Assembly (NCBI GenBank): GCA_963765765.1
Contig: CAVXYC010000032.1
Location: 96,001-160,000, forward strand
DNA length: 64,000 nt
Direction of reading: 5' to 3'
Source of the DNA: an uncultured Chloroflexia bacterium
Lineage (GTDB): Bacteria > Chloroflexota > UBA6077 > JACCZL01
Both the position numbers and the translations under genes were made by a program. Shown here one piece after another: positions 9,685 through 19,651 of this stretch. Under the pieces are notes generated by a model. The model did no database searches and was not told the DNA's origin. It saw nothing but the letters and a program-made list of their open reading frames with translations. How positions within the stretch are numbered: position 1 is the stretch's first letter; each line of letters opens with the position of its first letter.

Positions 9685-11694
9685 CTAGGTACGGGCTTCA
9701 AGTGCTCCAGCAAGGCGCGCGACACTCGGTGCCGTGAAGGCGTCCCAACGGTCCCCGGCCTGCTGAACCGCAAGGTCAAAATCGTCAGCAAGCAGCCAAC
9801 CTTCGGCAATCATCTCCTGGGCAACCTCGCGAACCCGTTTCAGATATCCGTCCCGCGTGCCGTAGCGCTCCTCCAATGATGGTCGCGGATCGCCAGACTC
9901 CTGCCGCTCGGTCTGGGTGCGGGCGAAGGGAATCGTGGAGCCAACCAGCGGGTTTCCGAAATAGAACTGCCCCTGCCCGCCTACGTCCGGATGCCGAGGG
10001 TTCCAACCCATGTAGGTTGCCAACGGCGCCCGGACGTCTAGAGGGCGCACCCCGGCGAGGTCGTTTGAGTCAGCGTCCACGGCCGAGACCCGCGTGACAT
10101 AAGCCTCACCCTCCTCAGGCGGTAGTCTCATCACACCTTCCGCGGCATTTGGACCGAAGTCCAGGCGACGGCGAACCGGCAGGACTGAAGGGAAGGTCAC
10201 GCCGGGAATTCGCTCGAACGACGCTTTGAGTGATTCACGAGTCACGGCGGTACCGTGGGCAAGTCGAGGGAACTCGCTGGGCGGCGGCTCCTTGCTATCA
10301 GATACCCATTCAACCAGGTTCAGAAATGCGGCTCGCAACAGCGGACGATAGTCCACCGTATTCATCGGATGGAGTGTTGGGATGCCATCTTCGGTGCGTG
10401 CGCTAAGAGGCAGCGAGCCAGCTCCATGCTGCGTCCCTGCGAGGAAATAATGGCGAACATCGGCCGGCGGCTCGATATCCACCGTGGCCTTGACATCCAT
10501 GTGCCCGAGTGAGCCGCCGCTCCACCAGTATTCCATCCCGCTATTGGTCGCGACGATCCGTGGCGTTGTGCCACTCACACGAAGGCGATCCAGGAGCCCG
10601 CCGTGCTCGTCGGTGACCGGGTCTTCCTCTGGTTCATAGGTAAATGGGAAGACGTTGCCCGGTGCCCGAAGGATGTTGGTTGATGGCTGCCCGTAGCGTA
10701 GATTGAACTCTCCGCGACGGGCGCTGCCGGTGTGGATGTGCACACCATCGAAGACCTGACGATTCTGAGCATCGCTATTCAGGCCCAGATAGAGAAACTC
10801 GCGCAGATAGCGACCTGTCTGGGACGCGCCGTACGCGTACGCCTGCTGAATGGATCCTGCGCAGGGGTTGCCATCCTCAGCCGAGCCGTATTTGAGGAAG
10901 GCCGTGGCATCGCGCATGGCGATAAACCCGAGCCCGATGATTGGCGCACCGGCGCTCTCGTAAACGATCTCGTAGACCTTGCCTGGCTCAAATCCGCCGT
11001 CGATGGTCAGGTAGCTGACATCGGGAACAAATCGACCGTCGTCGATTCGCCCGAACCGCCACTGGCTTCGATCGATCTCCGTGAGCGGACCGTCGGGGTC
11101 GTCGCGCACGGTGAGCGTGGCCGATGAGTTGTCCAAACTGGCCGCGGGAACGGGCTTGTGTCCCCGGTCGCACAGGGGCATGTGCGGCGTGACGGCGTTG
11201 AGCTGATATTGTACGTACGCCTGACCGACCAGGGGTTCGCCTTTTTCGTCAAGAGCATCCGGGAGATGAATCCGCTGGAGGCCGGGGCCATCGGGCACGT
11301 CATGCTGCCAGCCACACCAGAGCAATGTGAAACCGTGGCGCATAAGGAACCCGTCGCCCACGTCCAGCGCCTGGTCTGTCTTCGGTCCGCGCGCAGCCAT
11401 ATTGAGCGTGGCCAGTATCAGGTTGCGGCCGCGATTGATCACGTCGAACAGGACTTTGCCGTCTTCCCGCGGCAGCACTGGCTTGTGGACAAGGAAGTCG
11501 GAAGAGAAGTGCACCAGGCTGTCCGCGCCGGTTGGCGCACGGTCAATGTCGGTGATGACCTTCGCGCTGGGATCGCTGGGAGAAATCGCGAAGTGAATCG
11601 TTCCGCGGAGCGATTCGTAAGGACCGGTGTCGCCAAAGCTCATGCCATCGGCAACTGGCTGCCGTTCCTGAACCTCGAGATGCGTAACTGGCAT
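9685..11694 (-). CDS. Large alpha/beta hydrolase domain protein (Abhydrolase_10-like)
   Basis: VINRG, GWQHD, GASQTG nucleophile elbow, EYW, GTQH, DPRPSLEERY. Confidence 0.85.
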   Translation of the reverse strand: MPVTHLEVQERQPVADGMSFGDTGPYESLRGTIHFAISPSDPSAKVITDIDRAPTGADSLVHFSSDFLVHKPVLPREDGKVLFDVINRGRNLILATLNMAARGPKTDQALDVGDGFLMRHGFTLLWCGWQHDVPDGPGLQRIHLPDALDEKGEPLVGQAYVQYQLNAVTPHMPLCDRGHKPVPAASLDNSSATLTVRDDPDGPLTEIDRSQWRFGRIDDGRFVPDVSYLTIDGGFEPGKVYEIVYESAGAPIIGLGFIAMRDATAFLKYGSAEDGNPCAGSIQQAYAYGASQTGRYLREFLYLGLNSDAQNRQVFDGVHIHTGSARRGEFNLRYGQPSTNILRAPGNVFPFTYEPEEDPVTDEHGGLLDRLRVSGTTPRIVATNSGMEYWWSGGSLGHMDVKATVDIEPPADVRHYFLAGTQHGAGSLPLSARTEDGIPTLHPMNTVDYRPLLRAAFLNLVEWVSDSKEPPPSEFPRLAHGTAVTRESLKASFERIPGVTFPSVLPVRRRLDFGPNAAEGVMRLPPEEGEAYVTRVSAVDADSNDLAGVRPLDVRAPLATYMGWNPRHPDVGGQGQFYFGNPLVGSTIPFARTQTERQESGDPRPSLEERYGTRDGYLKRVREVAQEMIAEGWLLADDFDLAVQQAGDRWDAFTAPSVARLAGALEART

Positions 11695-11720
11695 GCTGAT
11701 CCCTCCCGCGTGTTGGCGCC

Positions 11721-11750
11721 AGTCTAGGCGCGACTTTGTAGGGGTGTCAA
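11721..11750 (-). promoter_or_regulatory. Sigma70-type promoter of the hydrolase gene
   Basis: TTGACA-18 bp-TAGACT on the minus strand. Confidence 0.6.
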
Positions 11751-11792
11751 TGAACGGACTGTAGGGCCAGCTATGATCCGAGCGCCCTATCC

Positions 11793-12209
11793 CTAGAGCT
11801 CCCCGTGTCCCTGGGTTTCGTCGCTGATCACCGCGTCTACTTCTATCTCTACCACCAGGCCTGGGCTGATCAGGCGACTTACCTCGACCATGGTGGCGGC
11901 GGGTCTTACACCGCGGAAATACTCTCCGTGGACTTGGCCAATGGCTTCCCAGTCATCAATGTTGGTGACGAATGTACGAGTCCGCACGACGTCCGTCATG
12001 CTGGCACCGGCTTCCTTGAGCGCGCGGTCGATCTCCTGCAGAATTAGCCGCGTCTGCTCCTGGCTGTTTCCTGGACTCAAGACGTCGCCGTTCTCATCCA
12101 CCGCCGTCGTCCCGGCCACGTGAACGTAGGGCCCTACGCGAACCGCGCGAGAGTAGCCAACGATCGACTCCCAGGGTGCGCCGCTGGAGATATTCTGCCG
12201 GTCCATCAT
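11793..12209 (-). CDS. RidA/YjgF family protein
   Basis: GYSRAVR, VVRTR, RPAATMVEV, VEIEVDA. Confidence 0.93.
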   Translation of the reverse strand: MMDRQNISSGAPWESIVGYSRAVRVGPYVHVAGTTAVDENGDVLSPGNSQEQTRLILQEIDRALKEAGASMTDVVRTRTFVTNIDDWEAIGQVHGEYFRGVRPAATMVEVSRLISPGLVVEIEVDAVISDETQGHGEL

Positions 12210-12265
12210 GAGGGCGTCTCCTCCAAGTGTTATCCTACGCGCCGACGCTGCCAGGGGATTTCGCC

Positions 12266-13249
12266 ATGCCAGATGCACTGCTGTTGACTGCATCAGATTT
12301 CGCGCCGCTTCGTGACGATCTCGCCGCGATGGATGGCGCGATAGACGCCGTTGAGCGCGCGACGCTCGAGCACCATCATGGGAAGAGCACTCAGGGGACA
12401 TTCTTCCATCGAGCGCCGGGCGCCGATGCCAACAACTCGTTCCGTCTTAGCATTGCTGCCGGCGACGGCATTCCGGCGGGCTTGCGCATGTTTGGCAACC
12501 CACCCAATACGCGCTGTTACATGCTGCTCGATGGGCCGTCGCTCAATCTGCTGGCGCTGATGGACTATGGAGTGTTGAACTCTATGCGGGTGGGCGCCAT
12601 TGGCGGTCTCGCCGCTCGGGCGCTGGCCCCGGATAACGCTCGCGTGGTGGGCATGCTCGGTTCCGGCTGGCAAGCTCACACGCAGGTCCAGGCGCTGCGA
12701 CGTGCCCTACCGGGGCTGGACTGCATTCGCGTGTACAGCCGAACCCTCGAGCATCGCGAGTCGTTTGCCCAGCAAATGACGGAGTGGGTGGACATTCGGG
12801 TGGAGGCCGTGGAATCCGCCGAGGCGGCTATTCGCGATGCCGATATCGTGGACATCGTTGCGCCGGGACACTTCGACAAGCGGGAGCTCCTGTTCGAGGG
12901 TGATTGGATCAAACCGGGCGCACTGGTCATTGCCATGGCCCCGAATCAGACGGATGCCAAGCTTGTGCAGCGATCCCGAGTGGTGGCCGCGACCGTGGAA
13001 GGTATTTTCGGTGGCGAGTCCCATTGGCCGCCGTTCGCTCAGCTCATCGAATCCGGCGAGTTCACCAAGAACGACATCACCACGCTAGGAGCCGTACTCG
13101 AGGATGGCGTGAATCCCCGGCGCTCGCCCGATGACATCGTCATCTACGAGCTCGAGAACACGTACGTGCATGATTTGTTCGTGGCCCAATGGGGATACGA
13201 GTGGGCATGCCAGCGAGGTCTGGGGAAGCCGTTCGATCTATCGGCGTGA
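12266..13249 (+). CDS. Ornithine cyclodeaminase/mu-crystallin family protein
   Basis: MRVGAIGG, GSGWQA dinucleotide motif, RVYSR. Confidence 0.88.
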   Translation: MPDALLLTASDFAPLRDDLAAMDGAIDAVERATLEHHHGKSTQGTFFHRAPGADANNSFRLSIAAGDGIPAGLRMFGNPPNTRCYMLLDGPSLNLLALMDYGVLNSMRVGAIGGLAARALAPDNARVVGMLGSGWQAHTQVQALRRALPGLDCIRVYSRTLEHRESFAQQMTEWVDIRVEAVESAEAAIRDADIVDIVAPGHFDKRELLFEGDWIKPGALVIAMAPNQTDAKLVQRSRVVAATVEGIFGGESHWPPFAQLIESGEFTKNDITTLGAVLEDGVNPRRSPDDIVIYELENTYVHDLFVAQWGYEWACQRGLGKPFDLSA

Positions 13250-13261
13250 GACGACAGGCTG

Positions 13262-13361
13262 TTTGGACTGCGGCGGTCTTAGCCACTTTTGAGTCGGCTG
13301 GAAGCCTAGCGCGGACGCGCTCCGCGCTAGGCGAAAGCGGCTAAGACCGCCGCAGTCCAAA
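13262..13361. repeat. REPIN-like element with 23-bp perfect inverted arms and an inner hairpin
   Basis: tttggactgcggcggtcttagcc ... ggctaagaccgccgcagtccaaa. Confidence 0.8.
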
Positions 13362-13389
13362 GTGCCCTAAAGGCGAATTTATAACGGAC

Positions 13390-13425
13390 AAAACGAACGG
13401 CCCGGGGAATCCCGGACCGTTCGTT
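13390..13425 (-). terminator. Intrinsic terminator of dnaK
   Basis: Minus strand aacgaacggtccggg-attc-cccgggccgttcgtt running into Ts. Confidence 0.75.
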
Positions 13426-13444
13426 CATCGTTTATTTGCGAAGG

Positions 13445-15376
13445 CTACTTGACTTCGCGGAACTCGCCCTCCACGGTGCCGCCGGGGCCTTGCGGTCCCT
13501 GTGAGCCGGGCTGGCCGGCCGCTGCGCCGGGCGTGCCGCTTGGCGCTGCACCGTCTTCGGGTTGCTCCTGTGCGCTGTAGACCGCCTGGCCGGCTGCCTG
13601 CATCGCCGTTTCGAGTGCGGTCACCGCTGTACCGATACGGGCCGTATCGTTAGCGGTGAGCGCCTCGCGCAACTCCTTCGTCGCATCCTCCACCTGTTTG
13701 CGGAGATCCTCGGGGATCTTGTCGCCGCTCTCGCGGACGAGCTTCTCCGCCGCGTAGGCAAGGTTGTCAGCTCGGTTGCGCGACTCGATCTCCTCGCGTC
13801 GCGCCTGATCCTCGGTTGCGTGGAGCTCGGCCTGACGCACCATCTCCTGGATCTCGGACTCGCTCAAACCTGAAGACGCCTGGATGACGATCTTCTGCTC
13901 TTTGCCGGTCGCGCGATCCTTGGCGGAGACCTTCAGGATGCCGTTCGCGTCGATATCGAAGGTGACTTCCACCTGTGGTAGCCCGCGTGGCGCCGGTAGG
14001 ATGCCATCCAGAATGAAGCGACCCAACGCTTTGTTCTCCGAGGCCAGCGGACGCTCGCCCTGAACCACGTGGATCTCCACCTGGGTCTGGTTGTCATCCG
14101 CGGTAGTGAAGACCTCGCTCTTTTGCGTTGGAATGGTGGTATTGCGTGGGATAAGCGTGGTCATCACGCCGCCCAGCGTCTCCACACCCAGAGAGAGCGG
14201 GGTAACGTCCAGGAGCAGTACATCCTTGACTTCGCCCTTGAGTACGCCTGCCTGGATGGCCGCGCCGATGGCCACAACTTCGTCGGGGTTGACGCCCTTG
14301 TGAGGCTCCTTGCCGAAGAATGCTTTGACCATCTCCTGCACGGCTGGCATGCGCGTCTGTCCGCCAACGAGGACCACCTCGTCCACTTGATTTGTGGACA
14401 TGCTGGCATCCTTGAGCGCCCGCTCGAGAGGAGTGCGGGTACGATCCACCAGGTCACCCACGAGCTGCTCTAGCTTGGCGCGGGTGAGCGTCATGGCCAG
14501 GTGCTTGGGGCCACTGGCATCGGCGGTGATGAACGGGAGGTTCAGCTCCGTTTGTTGCACGGTGGACAGCTCAATTTTGGCCTTCTCCGCGGCTTCCTTG
14601 AGACGCTGCAGAGCCATGCGATCCTGACGCAGATCAATCCCCTGATCGCGTTTGAACTCTTCCACGATCCAGTCGATGATGCGCTGGTCGAAGTCGTCGC
14701 CACCCAGATAGGTGTCGCCGTTCGTCGAGATGACTTCGAAGACGCCTTCACCGACGCGCAAGATCGAGATGTCGAAGGTTCCGCCGCCCAGGTCATAGAC
14801 CGCGATGACTTCCTCGCCTCCCTTCTTGTCCAAGCCGTAGGCAAGGCTGGCGGCGGTTGGCTCATTGATGATCCGAAGCACGTCTAGGCCAGCGATGCGC
14901 CCGGCATCTTTTGTGGCCTGGCGCTGCGCGTCATTGAAGTACGCGGGAACGGTAATGACCGCCTCGGTGATGGTCTCACCGAGCTTGGCCTCCGCGTCCG
15001 CCTTCAGCTTCTGGAGCACCATGGCGCTCACTTCAGGCGGGCTGTAGTCCTTATCGCCCATGACCACGCGGACATCGCCATTGGACGCAGCCTTGACCGC
15101 GTAGGGCAAACGATCGAGCGCGCGTCGCACGTCGGGGTCATCGTATTTTCGACCCATGAATCGCTTGATCGAGAACACCGTGTTCTCTGGATTGGTGATG
15201 GCCTGGCGCTTGGCGATCTGCCCCACATACCGCTCATTGCTCTTGGGGTTCATCGCCACAACGGATGGAGTCAGGCGGCTGCCCTCAGCGTTCTCGAGAA
15301 CGGTTGGCTCGCCCGCTTCCATGACCGCGATCACGGAGTTTGTTGTGCCCAGGTCAATCCCTAGTACTTTTGCCAT
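13445..15376 (-). CDS. dnaK: Chaperone DnaK (Hsp70)
   Basis: [34 protein letters not shown]. Confidence 0.99.
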   Translation of the reverse strand: MAKVLGIDLGTTNSVIAVMEAGEPTVLENAEGSRLTPSVVAMNPKSNERYVGQIAKRQAITNPENTVFSIKRFMGRKYDDPDVRRALDRLPYAVKAASNGDVRVVMGDKDYSPPEVSAMVLQKLKADAEAKLGETITEAVITVPAYFNDAQRQATKDAGRIAGLDVLRIINEPTAASLAYGLDKKGGEEVIAVYDLGGGTFDISILRVGEGVFEVISTNGDTYLGGDDFDQRIIDWIVEEFKRDQGIDLRQDRMALQRLKEAAEKAKIELSTVQQTELNLPFITADASGPKHLAMTLTRAKLEQLVGDLVDRTRTPLERALKDASMSTNQVDEVVLVGGQTRMPAVQEMVKAFFGKEPHKGVNPDEVVAIGAAIQAGVLKGEVKDVLLLDVTPLSLGVETLGGVMTTLIPRNTTIPTQKSEVFTTADDNQTQVEIHVVQGERPLASENKALGRFILDGILPAPRGLPQVEVTFDIDANGILKVSAKDRATGKEQKIVIQASSGLSESEIQEMVRQAELHATEDQARREEIESRNRADNLAYAAEKLVRESGDKIPEDLRKQVEDATKELREALTANDTARIGTAVTALETAMQAAGQAVYSAQEQPEDGAAPSGTPGAAAGQPGSQGPQGPGGTVEGEFREVK

Positions 15377-15379
15377 TGA

Positions 15380-15970
15380 TTACTCACCTCCACCCTGGAG
15401 CATCGAAGAATGTTCGTGTGATTGAGATTCCGACTGCCCACCGCGGGCAACGGTGACCTGAGCCGGCCGGAGCACGCGATCGCCCATCACGTAGCCTGCG
15501 CCCATGACGCTGGCCACCTGGCCCTCGGCAAATCCCGCTCGCTCCTCATATGCCACAGCCTCGTGTCGTGCCGGATCGAAGACTTCACCAACTTGATCCA
15601 CCTTCTGCACATTGTGTGTGTCCAGCCACTGCTGCAGTTTGCGATGGATCAGTTGTACGCCCTCTGAAAATGACCCCTCCGTCGGAGCCGGCGCCACGCT
15701 TACCGCACGATCAAAGTCGTCCAGGATAGACAAGAGCGATCGGACAATGGCCGCCTGAGCAATCTCAACATCCGACTCGCGCTCGCGTTCGATTCGCTTC
15801 TTGTAGTTTGCGAAGTCAGCCTGCGTGCGCTGCGCAAGGTCAAGATATGCGTCGACCTTGCCTCGTAGCGAATCCAGCTCTTGCTGGAGCGCATCCTGCT
15901 CAGAGATCGGCTGCTCTTCTTCCTCCTGGAATTGCGGTTCCGAGGCGTCAGGCCGTTCGCCGTCCGCCAT
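15380..15970 (-). CDS. grpE: Nucleotide exchange factor GrpE
   Basis: ADFANYKKR, FDPARHEAV, GY...RVLRPAQV; directly upstream of dnaK. Confidence 0.98.
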   Translation of the reverse strand: MADGERPDASEPQFQEEEEQPISEQDALQQELDSLRGKVDAYLDLAQRTQADFANYKKRIERERESDVEIAQAAIVRSLLSILDDFDRAVSVAPAPTEGSFSEGVQLIHRKLQQWLDTHNVQKVDQVGEVFDPARHEAVAYEERAGFAEGQVASVMGAGYVMGDRVLRPAQVTVARGGQSESQSHEHSSMLQGGGE

Positions 15971-16169
15971 AGTGTCCTCCCAGCGGAACGACTCCGAGTC
16001 CACGCACGGCGCGTTCCGCGATGCTTTGCATCGAAACTACTCACACTCTACGATCCGAGCCGTAGGAACGGGGTATGAGGACTGTTAGAGATGTGTTGGA
16101 ATGACCGTCACACGTTCGGACGTGGAGATGAGCAGCGTGCGTGCCACGATCGCGGCTCGGGGATTTGCT

Positions 16170-16850
16170 CTACCGTCGGGCCAGCTCAGCTTCCAGCTCG
16201 TCCACGCAGTGCTCGACGTCGCGGTAGACCTCTTCACCGGCGAAGGAGATAATGCGCCACCCTTCCGCGCCGAGGTCGCGCACGCGGTCCCATCCTTCCA
16301 CGTGCTCGTGTGACTGCCAGGCCAGGATTTCCGCGCCCAGCAGTGTACGCGGGACTACGAAGTCCAGCCGATAGATCAGCACAGGCCGCTGGCACTCGAG
16401 ATGCAGCCCGCGACGCCAGGCGGCGGCGAAGAATCGTCGCTGCAGACTTGACTCGCACGCGGTCGCTTCGTGCCGAGCGCCCATCGGTAGACCGGCCAGC
16501 GGGTCCGGAGGATTTTCCGGGGCAGTGGAGGGCGGCGCGCCATTGACTCCCGGCCAGAGGACGACACTGAGTCGCACGTTGTCTTCCAATGCACTGCTCA
16601 GAGCTTCCGCGACACGGGTGCGCGTGACCGGATCGCTGAGCTGCTGATAATCCGGCTGCCACCAGCTCCCGAGCACCAGGTCCATGCCGCCATCAGGGAG
16701 TCGCTCCGCTGCCAAAGCCCGCGTCGATCGCTGGAGTGGCGCAGCCACATCTGGCCATTCATCACTGAGCCGAGCGAGCACGCCCTCCCAGGCCCAGACA
16801 ACTCGTCGGAACTCGATCAAAGTGCATTCATCCTTGGAAGAGGATAGCAC
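16170..16850 (-). CDS. Two-domain protein with C-terminal DUF559/Vsr-like domain
   Basis: ESSLQRRF, QRPVLIYRLDF, AEIL, GWRIISF, EVYRDVEHCV; Pro-rich linker; start uncertain. Confidence 0.75.
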   Translation of the reverse strand: MLSSSKDECTLIEFRRVVWAWEGVLARLSDEWPDVAAPLQRSTRALAAERLPDGGMDLVLGSWWQPDYQQLSDPVTRTRVAEALSSALEDNVRLSVVLWPGVNGAPPSTAPENPPDPLAGLPMGARHEATACESSLQRRFFAAAWRRGLHLECQRPVLIYRLDFVVPRTLLGAEILAWQSHEHVEGWDRVRDLGAEGWRIISFAGEEVYRDVEHCVDELEAELARR

Positions 16851-16922
16851 GGCGGCCCCAGGGATAAGGGATTGGGGGCAAGGGGTTAGTAGGGTTGTTC
16901 CCCTAGATGCCAGAGGCCAAAT

Positions 16923-17735
16923 TCAGGGCGACGGAAACAGCACTTTCCACTGCCCCATGAGATTACGATTCCCAGAGATGGAGACCGTCCCGGCCTTTTC
17001 GAGTTCAGCGAGCGGCGCTCGGCCGTAAAGCCAGCGGATGAGCGGCGCTGCCGGTCCCTGGATAGTGAGCTCACCTTCCGAGACGCCTCGAGTGATGTTG
17101 GCGCCGGGTGACGTGGGGGCGATCTCCCAGGCGCCGTTGTCAACGTCTGATGCCAGCACTACGAATCGCGGCGATCCGGACTCGTCGGTCTTGTGCCAGG
17201 TGGGCACATTGCGCTCCAGCAGAACAGGGAGCAGATGCTGGCCGACGGACGGCGCGACCTCCTGCTCGCGATCGAGCGAGTGATAGAGATCCCAGCCATG
17301 GAAGGTAAGCTCGGACAGGCGCTGGTCCGCGAACCACCACGCGGGCTGCAGCCCCCGTGAATGAGGGCAGAGCGTCAGGAGAGAATTCCCGGACAGAGAT
17401 GCCAATCTGGATTTCAGCATGTCATGGTCGGCTCGGAGCGTCTCCAGGAGTTGAGAAGCGTTCAGGGAGGCCAGCTCGCGTTCACGCCGATCGCGTTCTT
17501 CCTGTGTAAGGGCAAAGGTTTTCTCCCCGCGCAATCCCGTGTCCACCATCGCCGTGAAGGTACCAGCGCTTCGCGCCAAGTGCGAGACGATGTCGCGAAC
17601 GACCCACCCCGGGCAGTTGGTAGAGCGCTGCCACTCACTTTCGCTGAGCCCCTCAACAGTGGAGCAGATTTCAGAAAACAGCCCTTCCTGCAGCGCGTGC
17701 GCCTTGTCTCGGTGGACTTCATGAGTCGATGGCAT
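16923..17735 (-). CDS. Maleylpyruvate isomerase (MDMPI/DinB-like) family metalloprotein
   Basis: TNCPGWVVRDIVSHL, ELTFHGWDL; SCP2-like C-terminus. Confidence 0.88.
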   Translation of the reverse strand: MPSTHEVHRDKAHALQEGLFSEICSTVEGLSESEWQRSTNCPGWVVRDIVSHLARSAGTFTAMVDTGLRGEKTFALTQEERDRRERELASLNASQLLETLRADHDMLKSRLASLSGNSLLTLCPHSRGLQPAWWFADQRLSELTFHGWDLYHSLDREQEVAPSVGQHLLPVLLERNVPTWHKTDESGSPRFVVLASDVDNGAWEIAPTSPGANITRGVSEGELTIQGPAAPLIRWLYGRAPLAELEKAGTVSISGNRNLMGQWKVLFPSP

Positions 17736-17808
17736 GACAACCCCCTGTGCTGAGCTCGATGCGAAGTGATTATCCGATAGCTGCCGCCAGATCGTTGGGG
17801 ACCCTGGA

Positions 17809-17924
17809 CTAGGACCGCCGGCGTGCCCCCCGACGCCGTAAGCGGGATCTCATCGTAGGCGTATGGTTGGCGTCAACTGGGGAGAAAGTCGCGCTGATCC
17901 GGACGGGGGATGCCGCGGTCCCAG
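17809..17924. repeat. Degenerate REP-like inverted pair
   Basis: ctaggaccgccggcgtgcccccc ... gggggatgccgcggtcccag, just past the gdhA stop. Confidence 0.55.
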
Positions 17925-17932
17925 GCAAGCTG

Positions 17933-19192
17933 CTACGGATAGATCCCGCGCACGCTGATGGCCTCGGCCACCCTGCCTATCGCCAGGTCCAGCGCCGACT
18001 CGCGGAGGATCAGCGGACTGGGCGCGCTTGCTAGCACCTGCTGGAAGCTGGTGGTCATGATTGCCGAGAGGCGCGCTCCCACCTCAGCCTCGCTCCAGAA
18101 GAGCCGCTGCATGCCCTGCACCCATTCGAAATAGGAGACAACAACGCCGCCGGCATTACACAGAATGTCAGGAATGACGATGATGCCGCGCTCCTGGAAA
18201 ATGCGGTCCGCGCCGGGGGTCGTCGGGCCGTTTGCGCCTTCGGCAATGAGCTTGGCACGCACGTGCGGTGCATTTCGTTCGGTGAGCTGTCCACCGAGCG
18301 CCGCCGGTACCAGGATGTCGCATTCCAGCTCTAGTAGCTCGGACGCAGTCACGGCGTCTGATCCCGGAAATCCGGCGATGCCGCCGGTCGTCTGCACATG
18401 CTTCTGGAGCGCCGCAAGATCCAGCCCCGCTGGGTTGTGTACAGCACCCGTGACATCGCCAATAGCCACGATCCGGCAACCCAGCTCAGCCAGCGCTTGC
18501 GCTGCTACGCCGCCAACATTGCCGAACCCCTGAATGACGACACGCTTTCCCTGCAGCGACCATTCGAGATAACGCGCCGCCTCCTGAACGCACAACGCCA
18601 CACCGCGGCCGGTGGCCTCGCGTCGTCCCAGAGAGCCGCCGATCTCCACAGGTTTACCCGTCACGACCTCAGGGATGGAGTAGCCCTTCTGCATAGAGTA
18701 GGTGTCCATGATCCAGGCCATGGACTGAGCATCCGTGCCCATATCGGGCGCCGGGATGTCCTCGCGCGGACCGATGATGGTGCTGATCTCCGTAGCGTAC
18801 CGACGCGTCAGGCGTTCTTTCTCCACCAGGGTCATTGAGCGCGGGTCGCAGGTGACGCCGCCCTTTGCTCCGCCGAAGGGCAGGCGTACCAGGGCGCATT
18901 TCCAGGTCATCGTCATGGCCAGCGAGCGAACCTCGTCGTCATCTACATCCATGGCAAATCGAATCCCGCCCTTGGCCGGGCCCCGAGCCGTGTTGTGCTG
19001 GATTCGGTATCCGGGGAATACCGAGGTGGAGCCGTCCTCGCGGAGCACAGGCACCTCCACGGCCAGCTCCCGCTGGCAAGCGCGCATGACCTGATGGAGC
19101 GAGGGTATGAGCGCGAGTCGCCGGGCGGAGGCATCGAGCTGCTGGAGTGAGATCTCCCAGGGGTTGGAGCTCTCGGCGCTCACGTGCGTCAT
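17933..19192 (-). CDS. gdhA: Glutamate dehydrogenase (Glu/Leu/Phe/Val family)
   Basis: GPAKGGIRF, GGAKGG, DIPAPD, ATGRG, GFGNVG, EGANGP. Confidence 0.95.
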   Translation of the reverse strand: MTHVSAESSNPWEISLQQLDASARRLALIPSLHQVMRACQRELAVEVPVLREDGSTSVFPGYRIQHNTARGPAKGGIRFAMDVDDDEVRSLAMTMTWKCALVRLPFGGAKGGVTCDPRSMTLVEKERLTRRYATEISTIIGPREDIPAPDMGTDAQSMAWIMDTYSMQKGYSIPEVVTGKPVEIGGSLGRREATGRGVALCVQEAARYLEWSLQGKRVVIQGFGNVGGVAAQALAELGCRIVAIGDVTGAVHNPAGLDLAALQKHVQTTGGIAGFPGSDAVTASELLELECDILVPAALGGQLTERNAPHVRAKLIAEGANGPTTPGADRIFQERGIIVIPDILCNAGGVVVSYFEWVQGMQRLFWSEAEVGARLSAIMTTSFQQVLASAPSPLILRESALDLAIGRVAEAISVRGIYP

Positions 19193-19224
19193 GGCTGAAG
19201 TATCTCGTGGTTACCGTGTTCGAA

Positions 19225-19648
19225 TCAAAGCAGCTTATTCTGCGCAGATTCCGCAGCCCATGCTTCGCCGGGCCGACCAGTACCGCGGGCTCGCGGCTGG
19301 TACACGTCCAGCACCCCCAGCGGCCGGCCACGGTCCGCCACGAGCCGCCGGTGCGATAGCCGCGGCGCACTTCGGTGCGTAGGGAGCGCCCGGCCTGCAG
19401 CCGGTGCCGCAGCGCCTCCTCCAGCGCCTCCTCAGGATGCGCTGGACGAGCGGCTTCGTTCGGTGCTGATGTCCCCCCACACCTGCTCCTCGTGTTGTGA
19501 TTCGGCGAAGCGCTCGGCCAGAGTGCGGTCAGTCAGGGCTTTGACTCTGGGCATGGGGTGGACATCCTTCGGATGTCTCGACCACTGCAGCGGAGCGTCC
19601 GCCCGTGCTCTTTCCTCAAATCTACACAAGAATTCTTACGCTACCCCC
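19225..19648 (-). mobile_element. Internally deleted IS256-family relic
   Basis: From ATG 19554, reconstructed ILEEALEEALRHRLQAGRSLRTEVRRGYRTG..GVLDVYQPR; TIR-like gtagcgtaagaattcttgtgtagatt with a degenerate inverted copy near 19226-19250. Confidence 0.65.
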
Positions 19649-19651
19649 AGA

